A stretch of DNA of 52,647 bases from a virus (IMGVR_UViG_3300038461_000026:1-52647); one strand, 5' to 3'; positions 1 through 8,631 are shown, counted from the first letter of the stretch. Numbers and translations are program-made. The notes: generated by a model not told the origin, from the sequence alone.

Positions 1-36
1 CAAACACAGGAACTAAAACGCCTGCAACGAGCAGTA
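1..36 (+). repeat. Terminal direct repeat, left copy (circularisation overlap)
   Basis: caaacacaggaactaaaacGcctgcaacgagcagta matches 52612-52647 at 35/36. Confidence 0.95.
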
Positions 37-1031
37 ATTCATATCTGGCAAAGTATAAAAACTTTAAATTAGGTGGTATTATTCAATACAGTATGTATTC
101 TTATATTGATGTCACGGGCAATTGGGCATTGAGATTACCTTGTTCTCCCGATCTGTTCTATAAGGGTGCGCATGATATTGACAAATGGGTTAGTGACGCT
201 AAAGATGCTGGTATTGAATATCTTGTCTTTTCTATTTTTGACGGAACGGGATTTGCTTTATTTGATAATCCAATTCCTTTCCCTGATTATATTCTTAATA
301 CGGTATTTGGCTATAAAAAATACGATGTTGCAAGTGCCGGAGCAGATGTGGAGATAACTAATAAGTTTTATACAGCTTGTGCAAAGTATGGGATTGAACC
401 AGTACCTTATGTATGTCCTGTCTGGCAAAATAATATGTCAAGAACGGCAACGGGATTAAAGAATCCGAATGGTGCTTTTAGTGGTACTGTTTATACGGCA
501 ACAGAAAAGCAGTACAGCGATAATTTTGTGTGTAAGGTGCTTCAATATATATTAACAACATGGCCTTCAAATTATGTTTGGGTAGACTATGGGGGAGCTA
601 CTAAAGTAAATGATCCACAGATGTATTATGATGCCATTAAGGCTATAAATCCAAACTGTCAGGTAGTCGGTAATACTGTTGGCGATAACCCTTTTAATTG
701 GTTCCCTTATGATATCGGATCAGATGAGGAATATTATGCTTTAACCACGTTTGGACCAGCGAATAAGACATGGGCTGATGTATTATCTTCTACTAGGGTA
801 CATGGAATAACATATTATGTACCTCAAGAATTATGCGTTAATAATAACGGTGCGGTCGGAGATTCGTTTTATTGGCATACAGGATTTACTTTAAGAAATC
901 AGAGTGCAATACAATCAGCTTATGATATTGCAAAAGCGAATAGTGTGCCTTTTCTGTTGAATCTCGCACCAGGAAGAACGGGATTAATTTCTTCCGATCA
1001 ATTTGATTTATTTAAGAATTTAAACTTATAG
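1..1031 (+). CDS. C-terminal part of a GH29 alpha-L-fucosidase-like glycoside hydrolase (ORF starts at 52320 and crosses the junction; ~440 aa)
   Basis: Open frame upstream of ATG93 (YLAKYKNFKLGGIIQYSMYSY); DIDKWVSDAKDAGIEYLVF..GFALFD, VWVDYGG and FLLNLAPGRTGLI parallel GH29 motifs. Confidence 0.7.
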   Translation, partial: NTGTKTPATSSNSYLAKYKNFKLGGIIQYSMYSYIDVTGNWALRLPCSPDLFYKGAHDIDKWVSDAKDAGIEYLVFSIFDGTGFALFDNPIPFPDYILNTVFGYKKYDVASAGADVEITNKFYTACAKYGIEPVPYVCPVWQNNMSRTATGLKNPNGAFSGTVYTATEKQYSDNFVCKVLQYILTTWPSNYVWVDYGGATKVNDPQMYYDAIKAINPNCQVVGNTVGDNPFNWFPYDIGSDEEYYALTTFGPANKTWADVLSSTRVHGITYYVPQELCVNNNGAVGDSFYWHTGFTLRNQSAIQSAYDIAKANSVPFLLNLAPGRTGLISSDQFDLFKNLNL

Positions 1032-1115
1032 TCGCTACGGTATTCGCTGGCACTACAGTAAAATTAGAGAGCAAAATATTATCAGCGCAAATAACAAAAA
1101 GTGATTAATTGAAAA

Positions 1116-1229
1116 ATGAACTCTGAAATAGCAGATGAAAAGATAGAAGCAAAAACAAATCTGGCAAAAGCATTTTTCAATGAAGGGATTAAATTAATTA
1201 ACAATAACGAAAATGAGTGCAAAAGATGA
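1116..1229 (+). pseudogene. Short remnant homologous to the N-terminus of the 1818-2273 gene
   Basis: ADEKIEAKTNLAKAFFN vs AEEIKTEVKTSLAKGFFS; DNA similarity 1146-1181 vs 1839-1874. Confidence 0.5.
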
Positions 1230-1653
1230 TTTTGAAACGTCCCTGCTTCAGCTCTTACTTAATAACACTCCAATAGCAGGACTTGGAGATACGAATGGGA
1301 TTTTGGGATCGGCTTCAGCGGGGAACGTATATATAGTTTTATATTCAGTCGCACCGACAGATTCCGGGCAAGGTACGGAATGTAATTATCCGGGATATTC
1401 AAGAGTTGCGAGTCCACGAACAACCGGGGGATGGACGGTAAGTGGTAATAACGCTTCTAATGCAGCTGCAATTACGTTCCCGATTTGTCTTGCAGGGACA
1501 CCACAAACAGCCGTTTCGTTTACTGTTAATAAAGGAGCGGCAACCGGAATTGATGACGCTATCCTTTGGGGTGCATTGTCGAGTAATCTTGATATTTCAG
1601 AAGGGGTAACTCCTGAATTTGCAATAGGTGATCTTGATATAAATGTTGATTAA
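1213..1653 (+). CDS. Small tail-associated structural protein (widespread phage family)
   Basis: TECNYPGYSRVA..NASNAAAITFP..ISEGVTPEFAIGDLDINVD pattern typical of small tail/baseplate accessory proteins. Confidence 0.7.
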   Translation: MSAKDDFETSLLQLLLNNTPIAGLGDTNGILGSASAGNVYIVLYSVAPTDSGQGTECNYPGYSRVASPRTTGGWTVSGNNASNAAAITFPICLAGTPQTAVSFTVNKGAATGIDDAILWGALSSNLDISEGVTPEFAIGDLDINVD

Positions 1654-1665
1654 ATACGTAAAGCC

Positions 1666-1815
1666 ATGAAAGGTAAAATTATTAAAACAGGAAAGCCGAA
1701 CTCTATTAAGTCTAATGGTAGTCCGGCAAAAGTCGTTTCCAAAGGAAAGGACAATTCAGGAGCAAATAAAAAAGACCCAAATCCAATGCCGGCCAGCCGG
1801 ATTAAAAACGGGTAG
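1666..1815 (+). CDS. 49-aa Lys-rich micro-protein (not in ORF track)
   Basis: MKGKIIKTGKPNSIKSNGSPAKVVSKGKDNSGANKKDPNPMPASRIKNG fills the gap between neighbouring genes. Confidence 0.55.
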   Translation: MKGKIIKTGKPNSIKSNGSPAKVVSKGKDNSGANKKDPNPMPASRIKNG

Positions 1816-1817
1816 TC

Positions 1818-2273
1818 ATGGCAGAGGAGATTAAGACAGAAGTTAAAACCAGTCTGGCCAAGGGATTTTTCAGTAATCCTTTGAGCTGGCTGGTTATGAC
1901 TATAACTGTCGGGACGTTTCTGTTTAATCTTGGAGGCTCAACAACCAGCAAAAAGAATGACATTTCCGGGATATCGAAAGACCAAACTGACATAAAGGCC
2001 GATATTAAGGGTTTGAAAAACACCCTTGGCGCGTATGGAGATAAACAGGATTCACTTAAAGGTTTTGTTATTGAATATGCCAAGAAGTCCGATGCTTTGC
2101 AAAGATCATATGTTCTATGGGTTCAGGAACACAGTAAAGACATTATGGAATTAACCCATTCTCTGGAAGGAATGACATTTGAAGTCGTACCACAAGAATC
2201 CGGTACTGAAAAAAGCCTTGACAGGCCTCCGGCAGTTATTAAATATGAACGAGTAAAACCAGTAAAAAAATGA
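1818..2273 (+). CDS. Membrane-anchored coiled-coil protein (holin-associated, lysis region)
   Basis: One N-terminal TM segment (PLSWLVMTITVGTFLFNLG) then helical region; upstream of endolysin. Confidence 0.55.
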   Translation: MAEEIKTEVKTSLAKGFFSNPLSWLVMTITVGTFLFNLGGSTTSKKNDISGISKDQTDIKADIKGLKNTLGAYGDKQDSLKGFVIEYAKKSDALQRSYVLWVQEHSKDIMELTHSLEGMTFEVVPQESGTEKSLDRPPAVIKYERVKPVKK

Positions 2274-2413
2274 ACGAGTTCTTGAATGGGTGGAAATGGG
2301 ACGTATATCATATCGGAGCGGTATTGTTTGTTGGCATAATACTCTGGCGGGTAATTACGCTTGCAATCGAATCACATAATATCAATAAAAAGAAATCCAA
2401 TGGCAAGCGATGA
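2270..2413 (+). CDS. 47-aa single-TM protein (not in ORF track)
   Basis: MNEFLNGWKWDVYHIGAVLFVGIILWRVITLAIESHNINKKKSNGKR; ATGA overlap with upstream stop. Confidence 0.55.
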   Translation: MNEFLNGWKWDVYHIGAVLFVGIILWRVITLAIESHNINKKKSNGKR

Positions 2414-3026
2414 AGAAGTAAGCAAAGACAAGCTTCCCGAACCTTCCTTTGAAAAACAAGTGGAAGGGTATATTGACGAGATTCAAACCGAGAACGATCC
2501 CGTTTTCAGCCATGCCTATCATAAGTTCATGGTCAATCTGTTAACTGTCCGTGACAAGTCGGTTAAGAATGAGTTAATGGAAGAAGTCAGCGCTCAAAAT
2601 AAAGTCTTTGGCGAAAAGTTAATTTCTGATGTAAACGAAGTTATCGAACAGCAATGGATTAGAGTTTTACGGGAAGAACTATCAGCACAGAGCTTAGGGT
2701 TGAATGAAACATTAAAATCTATTGCTGGGGATATTGCAAGAATTAACGAAAGGCTTGAAATAACAGAAGGCGAGATTAGGGAGGAAATAAAAAGAATTAA
2801 TGTATTGGAATTGCGAGCTGAAGATAAAAAAAGAAGGATTGAACGGCTCGAAATTGAAATGCAGATTCTCAAGCCAGAGGCTATTAAGAGGTATTCAGAT
2901 GAATTACATGATATCAGACCGATACTTATAAACGTAGTCAGTGCTTTTAAGTGGTGGAAGATTATAATTTACATCACTTTAGTTACTTCTTTTTGGCTTA
3001 TTATACATTATGCTTTCTTACGATGA
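2400..3026 (+). CDS. Coiled-coil protein with C-terminal TM segment
   Basis: Heptad-rich middle; WWKIIIYITLVTSFWLIIHY at C-terminus; ATG at 2400 preferred to TTG 2361. Confidence 0.6.
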   Translation: MASDEEVSKDKLPEPSFEKQVEGYIDEIQTENDPVFSHAYHKFMVNLLTVRDKSVKNELMEEVSAQNKVFGEKLISDVNEVIEQQWIRVLREELSAQSLGLNETLKSIAGDIARINERLEITEGEIREEIKRINVLELRAEDKKRRIERLEIEMQILKPEAIKRYSDELHDIRPILINVVSAFKWWKIIIYITLVTSFWLIIHYAFLR

Positions 3027-3487
3027 TTTACAAACCCCGTCATTTTTCATTACAGGAAATGGTCTGTCCTCACGTCTTCAAAAAGTACGGAGAAACAGCT
3101 TGGCAGTTTATGGATGACAAACTACTTATGACTGTTGATCTTCTCCGGGATCAATTGGGTCCCATTTTTGGCAATAATTACGATATGCCGGAAGAAGAAC
3201 GGGTGAAAAGAGGACTTCCATTATTTGATGAACGAGGGTTCAGATGTATTCAATGTTCGTTAGTTCAGAAAGCCATAAAGGACGGGACTCTTTATGTTTC
3301 TCCACATATGACCGGGCAGGGATTCGATTGCGACGTGGCCGGGAAGACAGCGGCACAGGTTCGTTTATGGATTGTGGCTAATGAAATTAAGCTCCCTTAC
3401 CCGGTAAGAATAGAAAAAAACGTAACTTGGTTGCATATTGATTCAAGGAATGCTGGCCAAGGCAAGGTCTTTTTGTTTAATAACTAA
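3023..3487 (+). CDS. Endolysin, peptidase M15-like (Zn endopeptidase)
   Basis: HFSLQEMVCP, RGFRC, SPHMTGQGFD (SxHxxGxxxD) and WLHID motifs; ATG 3023 overlaps upstream stop. Confidence 0.85.
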   Translation: MIYKPRHFSLQEMVCPHVFKKYGETAWQFMDDKLLMTVDLLRDQLGPIFGNNYDMPEEERVKRGLPLFDERGFRCIQCSLVQKAIKDGTLYVSPHMTGQGFDCDVAGKTAAQVRLWIVANEIKLPYPVRIEKNVTWLHIDSRNAGQGKVFLFNN

Positions 3488-3498
3488 ATTATATCGAG

Positions 3499-3936
3499 AT
3501 GAAAAAATTATTCTTATTTATCACATTGCTGTTCGTTTCTGTTTTTGCTTTCTGCCAAGATCCGACAGTTCCGCCGTCAACCTGGGGAGATGTACTTTCT
3601 AATCCGGCACAGTGGGTTGCTTCATTCGGCGGGGTTTCGTTCCTGACGGCTTTTATAGCAGCTTTCTTTACCGGACTATTAAAGATAACTAAGCCAATAC
3701 TTAAACAGGTGACCGCATGGGTTGTGGCAATAGTTATACTTGTCGGAAGTGACCTGTTCAATATTGGGTATGCAAAAGACTTCCCGATATTACTGGCGGT
3801 TATTCATGGATTTGCGGCAGGGCTGGCTTCTAATGGAGTCTTCGATATTCCTGTATTGAAAGGAATACTCGACATGATTCATGGCTGGTTTGAACCCAAG
3901 CCGGAAGCTCCACTTATAAACGAAGTGAAAAAATGA
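3499..3936 (+). CDS. Holin-like multi-TM protein
   Basis: Signal-like N-terminus plus three hydrophobic segments; GFAAGLASNGVFD holin-type motif; follows endolysin. Confidence 0.7.
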   Translation: MKKLFLFITLLFVSVFAFCQDPTVPPSTWGDVLSNPAQWVASFGGVSFLTAFIAAFFTGLLKITKPILKQVTAWVVAIVILVGSDLFNIGYAKDFPILLAVIHGFAAGLASNGVFDIPVLKGILDMIHGWFEPKPEAPLINEVKK

Positions 3937-4445
3937 AATTCTCAGTGATCCTCATTGCTGTTATACTCATGACAGTATCATGTGTTACCCAACGCAGATG
4001 CAATGCTAAATTCCCAATCTTACATGACACTTTGAGGATCACTATTTTACATGACACAATTATCTTCCGGGACAGATTAGTTCCGATTCATTTTTCCGGG
4101 GACACGGTTAACGCACTTGCTCCGGCTCCCTGCCCACAAATTCCAAATTTCATTCCAGACACAGCCAGAGCTGAAACGGCACTTGCCAGCGCAAAGGCTT
4201 GGTGGCAATTTCCTAATGTACATCTTCAGTTAATCCAAAAAGACACAACCATAATTACCCGGCTGGCCAAGGCCGAACAGGAAACTATTCATTGGAAATC
4301 GGAATATGAACAGGTAAAACAGACAAAAGAAGTCAAGTATATTCCCACAATATATAAGATTTGTCTATGGTCGTGGATTGGAGTTTTTATTCTGGCTATC
4401 CTCTATATAATAATAAGACTTTTGAAGCCCGTTAAGCTTATCTGA
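3933..4445 (+). CDS. Putative unimolecular spanin (lipoprotein with C-terminal TM)
   Basis: Lipobox LMTVS-C, beta-rich middle, C-terminal TM ICLWSWIGVFILAILYIII; last gene of lysis cassette. Confidence 0.7.
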   Translation: MKFSVILIAVILMTVSCVTQRRCNAKFPILHDTLRITILHDTIIFRDRLVPIHFSGDTVNALAPAPCPQIPNFIPDTARAETALASAKAWWQFPNVHLQLIQKDTTIITRLAKAEQETIHWKSEYEQVKQTKEVKYIPTIYKICLWSWIGVFILAILYIIIRLLKPVKLI

Positions 4446-4478
4446 ATTTAGGCCAATCGGAGGCCGTGAGGCAAAGGC

Positions 4479-4515
4479 TCTTTTCCGGGAATAGTAAGAT
4501 ACCAGCCGGAAAAGA
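4479..4515. terminator. Inverted repeat after lysis cassette (possible terminator or protein-binding palindrome)
   Basis: TCTTTTCCGG(4479-4488)-N17-CCGGAAAAGA(4506-4515), perfect 10-bp arms. Confidence 0.5.
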
Positions 4516-4532
4516 AAATTGCGTGTAAGCAA
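4487..4532 (+). repeat. Conserved 46-bp intergenic element, copy 1
   Basis: GGGAATAGTAAGATACCAG-N6-AAGAAAA-N2-GCG-N5-GCAA, same as 18801-18846. Confidence 0.8.
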
Positions 4533-4598
4533 TATTCCACTAAAATAACTATCAATAAAAAATATTACGGGATTCCTGCAGATTCTTAGGAAAAGCTA

Positions 4599-4628
4599 TT
4601 GCTGTAATATATTCTATTCGTACCTTTA
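4599..4628 (+). promoter_or_regulatory. Bacteroidetes-type early promoter P1
   Basis: TTGCTGTAA ... TACCTTTA, 22 nt between element starts, as in P2 and P3. Confidence 0.7.
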
Positions 4629-4668
4629 CTTCGTAAAGACAGACAAACAGACACCAAAAACTACGAAG

Positions 4669-4902
4669 ATGACAGCACAAAACAGGATTTCAAGCAGATA
4701 CATAAACAAGAATTTCAGAATTAAGGTAAGCGGAATACACAAAGGAACGAAACTACACACCTTAATAGGAGTTGCCAAGCTCATAGAAATACTCGGAGCC
4801 GAACTTTCAGGTACTATTGTAAATAAAGCTACCAATAAGGGATTAGATAAGGTCGAGTTTAAATTCAGAAGGGGAATCAAAATAATATTATACGCCAAAT
4901 AA
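4669..4902 (+). CDS. Small basic hypothetical protein
   Basis: First ORF after P1; AACTACGAAG-ATG leader. Confidence 0.65.
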   Translation: MTAQNRISSRYINKNFRIKVSGIHKGTKLHTLIGVAKLIEILGAELSGTIVNKATNKGLDKVEFKFRRGIKIILYAK

Positions 4903-4903
4903 G

Positions 4904-5353
4904 ATGGGAGCGCCAATAAAGCATGGGGAGTGCTACAAAAAAATATCAAAGCTTTATCAAGTATGGGCTGGTATGATTCAGCGAACTGGAAATGTAAAGG
5001 CAAGGGAATATAAGTATTACGGGTTAAAGGGCATTAAAGTATGCGAAGAGTGGCACACTCCCGGAAACTTTTTTAAATGGGCAAGGGAAAATGGATATAA
5101 GGAAGGTTTGGAAATTGACCGGATAAAAAACAACTTAGGTTATAATCCTTCAAATTGTAGATTTGTAACTAAAACCCAGAATTTACAAAATAAAACTAAG
5201 CGTCAAGATTACGGGATATATTTAAGGAGTTGTAAGCGGGGATGGTTTGTAAAAATTCAAAAAAACGGAACAAGATATTATGGCGGTGGCTCTATGGATA
5301 AGGAAGTAGCAAGACAAAAAAGAGATGAATTACAGGCGAAATTAAATACATAA
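4904..5353 (+). CDS. HNH-type homing endonuclease-like protein with AP2-like C-terminus
   Basis: LYQVWAGMIQR..YGLKGIKVCEEW..LEIDRIKNNLGYNPSNCRFVT..QN; C-terminal WFVKIQKNGTRYYGG..A..RDE. Confidence 0.8.
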   Translation: MGAPIKHGECYKKISKLYQVWAGMIQRTGNVKAREYKYYGLKGIKVCEEWHTPGNFFKWARENGYKEGLEIDRIKNNLGYNPSNCRFVTKTQNLQNKTKRQDYGIYLRSCKRGWFVKIQKNGTRYYGGGSMDKEVARQKRDELQAKLNT

Positions 5354-5377
5354 GTATTCACATAAATCCTAATTGAG

Positions 5378-5710
5378 ATGAACAGTTTACCAGCAGAATT
5401 AAAAGCCGAATTGGCAGCGAAAAAATTGGCAGCCGAGATCAATATGAAGATCCGCGCCAAAGGAACCCTAAAGCCTAAGTTTGAAGAACCGGCCGATCGT
5501 AAGGTCAAGGTACTTCCGGAAGTTAAGGAAGATCCTTATAAGCGAGCAAACCCGGTAAGTCGTACCTATGAGGTATTCGACTTTGAAGAAAGCATCACAA
5601 TAGAACAAAGTAATGAGCCGAAGTTCAGGCCTCGCAAACATGACACCACTTCCCGGAAGGATTTTGACCTGAAAGTGGAAGCGTTAATCAACAAATATTC
5701 CACCAAATAA
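5378..5710 (+). CDS. Hypothetical protein
   Basis: ORF track; co-oriented and tightly packed. Confidence 0.6.
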   Translation: MNSLPAELKAELAAKKLAAEINMKIRAKGTLKPKFEEPADRKVKVLPEVKEDPYKRANPVSRTYEVFDFEESITIEQSNEPKFRPRKHDTTSRKDFDLKVEALINKYSTK

Positions 5711-5718
5711 CTACTAAG

Positions 5719-5976
5719 ATGAACAGCTATCAACCTATTCAGGTAATTCAAATCAAAGAGCCCATGAGCTTCAATAAGCGCACCCGTACCTTTATAGCAG
5801 AGCTTTCCGAACTTGACACCATCGCCACGCAGGAGGTTCAGTTACTAAATCCCGTTACACATAAAAGCTGCCGTTTTCATATGGTAAGGGAAGATAAGGA
5901 CGGCGGTGGAGATATTTACGGCTGGCATTACGAAAATGAAGATGCAAGTTTGAAACTTTTACTTATAAACGACTAA
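5719..5976 (+). CDS. Hypothetical early protein
   Basis: AACTACTAAG-ATG leader; DKDGGGDIYGWHY..LLIND pattern. Confidence 0.65.
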   Translation: MNSYQPIQVIQIKEPMSFNKRTRTFIAELSELDTIATQEVQLLNPVTHKSCRFHMVREDKDGGGDIYGWHYENEDASLKLLLIND

Positions 5977-5977
5977 G

Positions 5978-6184
5978 ATGGAAAAAAGAATTAACGAATC
6001 GTTATTTACACGCAAAGAGGTAATACATTTTTGCATGGGAATGGCATTGCCGGAGTCAGACATATTGATGTATGTTGAAATTTTCAAAGAAATGACGGAC
6101 ACAGAATTTTGTGCCGCAGTCTTGGAAGGATATCAACTAAAAGTACAGCCTTTGAATCAAGGTAAATTTTATATACGCTACTAA
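5978..6184 (+). CDS. Hypothetical protein
   Basis: ORF track; 1 nt after previous stop. Confidence 0.55.
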   Translation: MEKRINESLFTRKEVIHFCMGMALPESDILMYVEIFKEMTDTEFCAAVLEGYQLKVQPLNQGKFYIRY

Positions 6185-6185
6185 A

Positions 6186-6338
6186 ATGCAAATAGGAATA
6201 GATCAACTCGGAAATATTGAAAGTTTCTATATGGGATTTTCAGAACCAGAAGAAGTTGAGTCCGGCGAGCCACTAACCATTGACGAACTTCTGGCAATAC
6301 AAAAAGAGGTTGAAGAATTACATACCCCCCAATCATGA
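6186..6338 (+). CDS. 50-aa acidic micro-protein (not in ORF track)
   Basis: MQIGIDQLGNIESFYMGFSEPEEVESGEPLTIDELLAIQKEVEELHTPQS; fills gap, ATGA overlap with next gene. Confidence 0.5.
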   Translation: MQIGIDQLGNIESFYMGFSEPEEVESGEPLTIDELLAIQKEVEELHTPQS

Positions 6339-6649
6339 GTTGGGGTAAGTGTTACATATGCGGAGAGGAAATTCTAAGCCTCCCGTTGCCGATAAGCGCA
6401 AGGCTTCAGGCAATAGATGAAAGTGGAAATAAGAACTTGATCTGCTTGGATTGCGAAGTACAATTCGAGAATCGAAATAAGATTGCACTGGTAGTTAAGA
6501 AAGGAGAACTCAGAACAGGAGAAGCTATTTTCGTGCCTCGCCAGATATTGACGCTGGCAGGGCATTCATTACCGGAACAGGTATCAATATACGTCCTCGA
6601 TTCAGACGAGGTCAGCCGAATAGTTAGGGATATTATGCTACTAAAATAA
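6335..6649 (+). CDS. Zn-finger (CxxC...CxxC) hypothetical protein
   Basis: CYIC and CLDC pairs. Confidence 0.6.
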   Translation: MSWGKCYICGEEILSLPLPISARLQAIDESGNKNLICLDCEVQFENRNKIALVVKKGELRTGEAIFVPRQILTLAGHSLPEQVSIYVLDSDEVSRIVRDIMLLK

Positions 6650-6654
6650 TTGCA

Positions 6655-7212
6655 ATGAAGCTTAAATGGATTAATATGAATAACATGGACGAATTTGAAG
6701 AAATTTGCAAGTTGATAATCGAAGGGGAGCGAATCGCACCGGAACTTGTTTATAATAAGACACGGAAACGGGAAGTTTGCTTTACCCGGCAGGTTTGTAT
6801 GTACTTCGGAAAGCAGAAAACGAAAAGATCGCTGGCCTCAATTGGGTTGGTTTTCGGAAAAGATCATGCAACGGTACTTCATGCCTGTAAAACGGTCAAT
6901 AATTTGATTGACACAGACCCGAAAATCCGGCTGCAAATAGCAGAGTATGACCAGCAAATTGATGACCTCAAAAAGGAGATGTACGGAACACCAGCCTTGG
7001 CACTTAGGTTCCGAGTTGAATCGGTAAAAATAGAGATCAAAAACGATGAACCGCCAGACCCAAAGATTCCGGTATTGATAAAACTCGACCCAATAGCACG
7101 GGCTTTCATAAAGGATAATCTGGGACTAATGGACGAGATTGTTGCACAAATAGCAATTCTGGCAGAATCTTTCAAAGTGCCGGAAGAATCTCACGCAGTC
7201 CCCTTGCTGTAA
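6655..7212 (+). CDS. DnaA domain IV (C-terminal HTH)-containing protein
   Basis: KTRKREVCFTRQVCMYF..SLASIGLVFGKDHATVLHACKTV matches the DnaA C-terminal signature; no AAA+ domain. Confidence 0.85.
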   Translation: MKLKWINMNNMDEFEEICKLIIEGERIAPELVYNKTRKREVCFTRQVCMYFGKQKTKRSLASIGLVFGKDHATVLHACKTVNNLIDTDPKIRLQIAEYDQQIDDLKKEMYGTPALALRFRVESVKIEIKNDEPPDPKIPVLIKLDPIARAFIKDNLGLMDEIVAQIAILAESFKVPEESHAVPLL

Positions 7213-7233
7213 TATATTATATACCTACCTTTG
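7204..7233 (+). promoter_or_regulatory. Bacteroidetes-type early promoter P2
   Basis: TTGCTGTAA(7204) ... TACCTTTG(7226-7233). Confidence 0.75.
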
Positions 7234-7262
7234 GAAGAAAAACGAAACGAAAAACTACAAAG

Positions 7263-7472
7263 ATGACAAAAACAGAACAAATCCAGAACAATGAAGTAAT
7301 CGCTAACTCCCTCCGGGAATACGTTACAAGATTCACAGCAGAACTCAATAAGGCCATAGCTGAAAAGGACGACTTCAAGGTATCGGAAACCAAAGGACGG
7401 CTCGCCAGCCTGAAAAATAAGCTTCGCAAAATTGAAGTCAAGAATGCTGAAATAGCACAGTTGTCACTATAA
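7263..7472 (+). CDS. Small coiled-coil hypothetical protein
   Basis: First ORF after P2; AACTACAAAG-ATG leader. Confidence 0.6.
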   Translation: MTKTEQIQNNEVIANSLREYVTRFTAELNKAIAEKDDFKVSETKGRLASLKNKLRKIEVKNAEIAQLSL

Positions 7473-7483
7473 AAGATAACCAA

Positions 7484-7714
7484 ATGAAGGAGATAGAATT
7501 AACGCAGGGGTTTGTAACAAAAGTAGATGATGATAATTATGAGCATCTAAGTCAATGGAAATGGTGTGTTACCAAAAGCAGAAATTCCTATTACGCAGTA
7601 AGAGGAGAAAGAAGGAATGGTAGGCACATAACGATTTTTATGCAAAATGAAATATTAAAAGTAGCAGCCGGGAATTTCAGAACGCAGCAATCACGGAGTT
7701 TATCAACTACATGA
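7484..7714 (+). pseudogene. Truncated HNH endonuclease (N-terminal part only)
   Basis: MKEIELTQGFVTKVDDDNYEHLSQWKW..YYAVR..TIFMQNEIL is the usual HNH-AP2 N-terminus; ends before any DHI/NLR catalytic motif. Confidence 0.7.
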
Positions 7715-7744
7715 AAAGCAAAAACGCATTTACACTTTAAGATC

Positions 7745-7897
7745 ATGGAAGCCACAATATCAAAAGACGAAATGAAGCGATTCAAACAGCTATACAACAA
7801 GGCAGTTAAGAAAGGTGAAACTTCCTTCCAGTTCAAGGGCAGCGAAGTGCTTGTAGCCTATGCCAAATATGTAATCGAGTATTTTAACAACTTATAA
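7745..7897 (+). CDS. 50-aa conserved phage protein (not in ORF track)
   Basis: MEATISKDEMKRFKQLYNKAVKKGETSFQFKGSEVLVAYAKYVIEYFNNL. Confidence 0.65.
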   Translation: MEATISKDEMKRFKQLYNKAVKKGETSFQFKGSEVLVAYAKYVIEYFNNL

Positions 7898-7905
7898 TTT
7901 AAGCC

Positions 7906-8283
7906 ATGTCAAACGAAGAATTAAAGACAAAAATTCAGTCGGTATTGAACCCGACATTAATCGGAATCCTTGACGTAATGAATGTTAACCATAAACCGCA
8001 CCAGTACACGATTGGTCCTCGGCACGTTGCCTATTCGGCCGAACATTACGGCGGGATGCTTGGCTTGGAAACAACTCAACACGTTCCCTGTGCCTATCCG
8101 GGCGGGTGTAATCTAAGCTACGCTGAGCATAAATCAAACAGGGTCGCAATGATTCAACTCAAAAGAAATATGAAACACGAAGAACTGCAAAAGGAACTTC
8201 AGCGGATTCTTAACGAAATAAAAGACGAGCCTTTTGATGGATTCACCTTTGTAGAAACACCAGAGAAATTCCGGTATGTGTAG
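7906..8283 (+). CDS. Hypothetical protein with His/Cys cluster
   Basis: NHKPHQYTIGPRHV..CAYPGGCNLSYAEH possible metal site. Confidence 0.6.
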   Translation: MSNEELKTKIQSVLNPTLIGILDVMNVNHKPHQYTIGPRHVAYSAEHYGGMLGLETTQHVPCAYPGGCNLSYAEHKSNRVAMIQLKRNMKHEELQKELQRILNEIKDEPFDGFTFVETPEKFRYV

Positions 8284-8296
8284 TTAATAACTTCTT

Positions 8297-8327
8297 TTGT
8301 AGTGAATAAAATATATTCCTACTTTTG
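8297..8327 (+). promoter_or_regulatory. Bacteroidetes-type promoter for regulator/recombination operon
   Basis: TTG(8297) ... TACTTTTG(8320-8327); GTTAATAAC directly upstream. Confidence 0.6.
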
Positions 8328-8346
8328 GGATATAAAATAAAACAAA

Positions 8347-8631
8347 ATGGAAAAGCGCACGTATGAGGCTCCTGAAATAACAAAAGTTAAGGCCAAACTT
8401 AACATTAAGGAAGCTATTGAGTATTTCAATCAGAACCGGGAAAAAGGAACACCGCTAATGACAGTGGCCTCACTTTCCCTTATAGTTTTTGCGGACAAAA
8501 AGAGCAAAGATGAGTGTAAACGAGTTCTGTTCTGCCAGATATGCAATAACAGAAGAAGATTTGTTGACCTTACTTGGCTCGAAACAATTAAAAGAGTTAC
8601 CGGGTATCCCGGAACATTAATAGAAATCTAA
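8347..8631 (+). CDS. Putative HTH-type DNA-binding regulator
   Basis: Helical pattern resembling Cro/Xre-like folds; position before recombination genes. Confidence 0.45.
   Translation: MEKRTYEAPEITKVKAKLNIKEAIEYFNQNREKGTPLMTVASLSLIVFADKKSKDECKRVLFCQICNNRRRFVDLTWLETIKRVTGYPGTLIEI

Noticed and set aside
6655-7212. Host chromosomal dnaA or host DNA flank
   Set aside because: Only domain IV is present, embedded among phage early genes; no dnaN or other host genes
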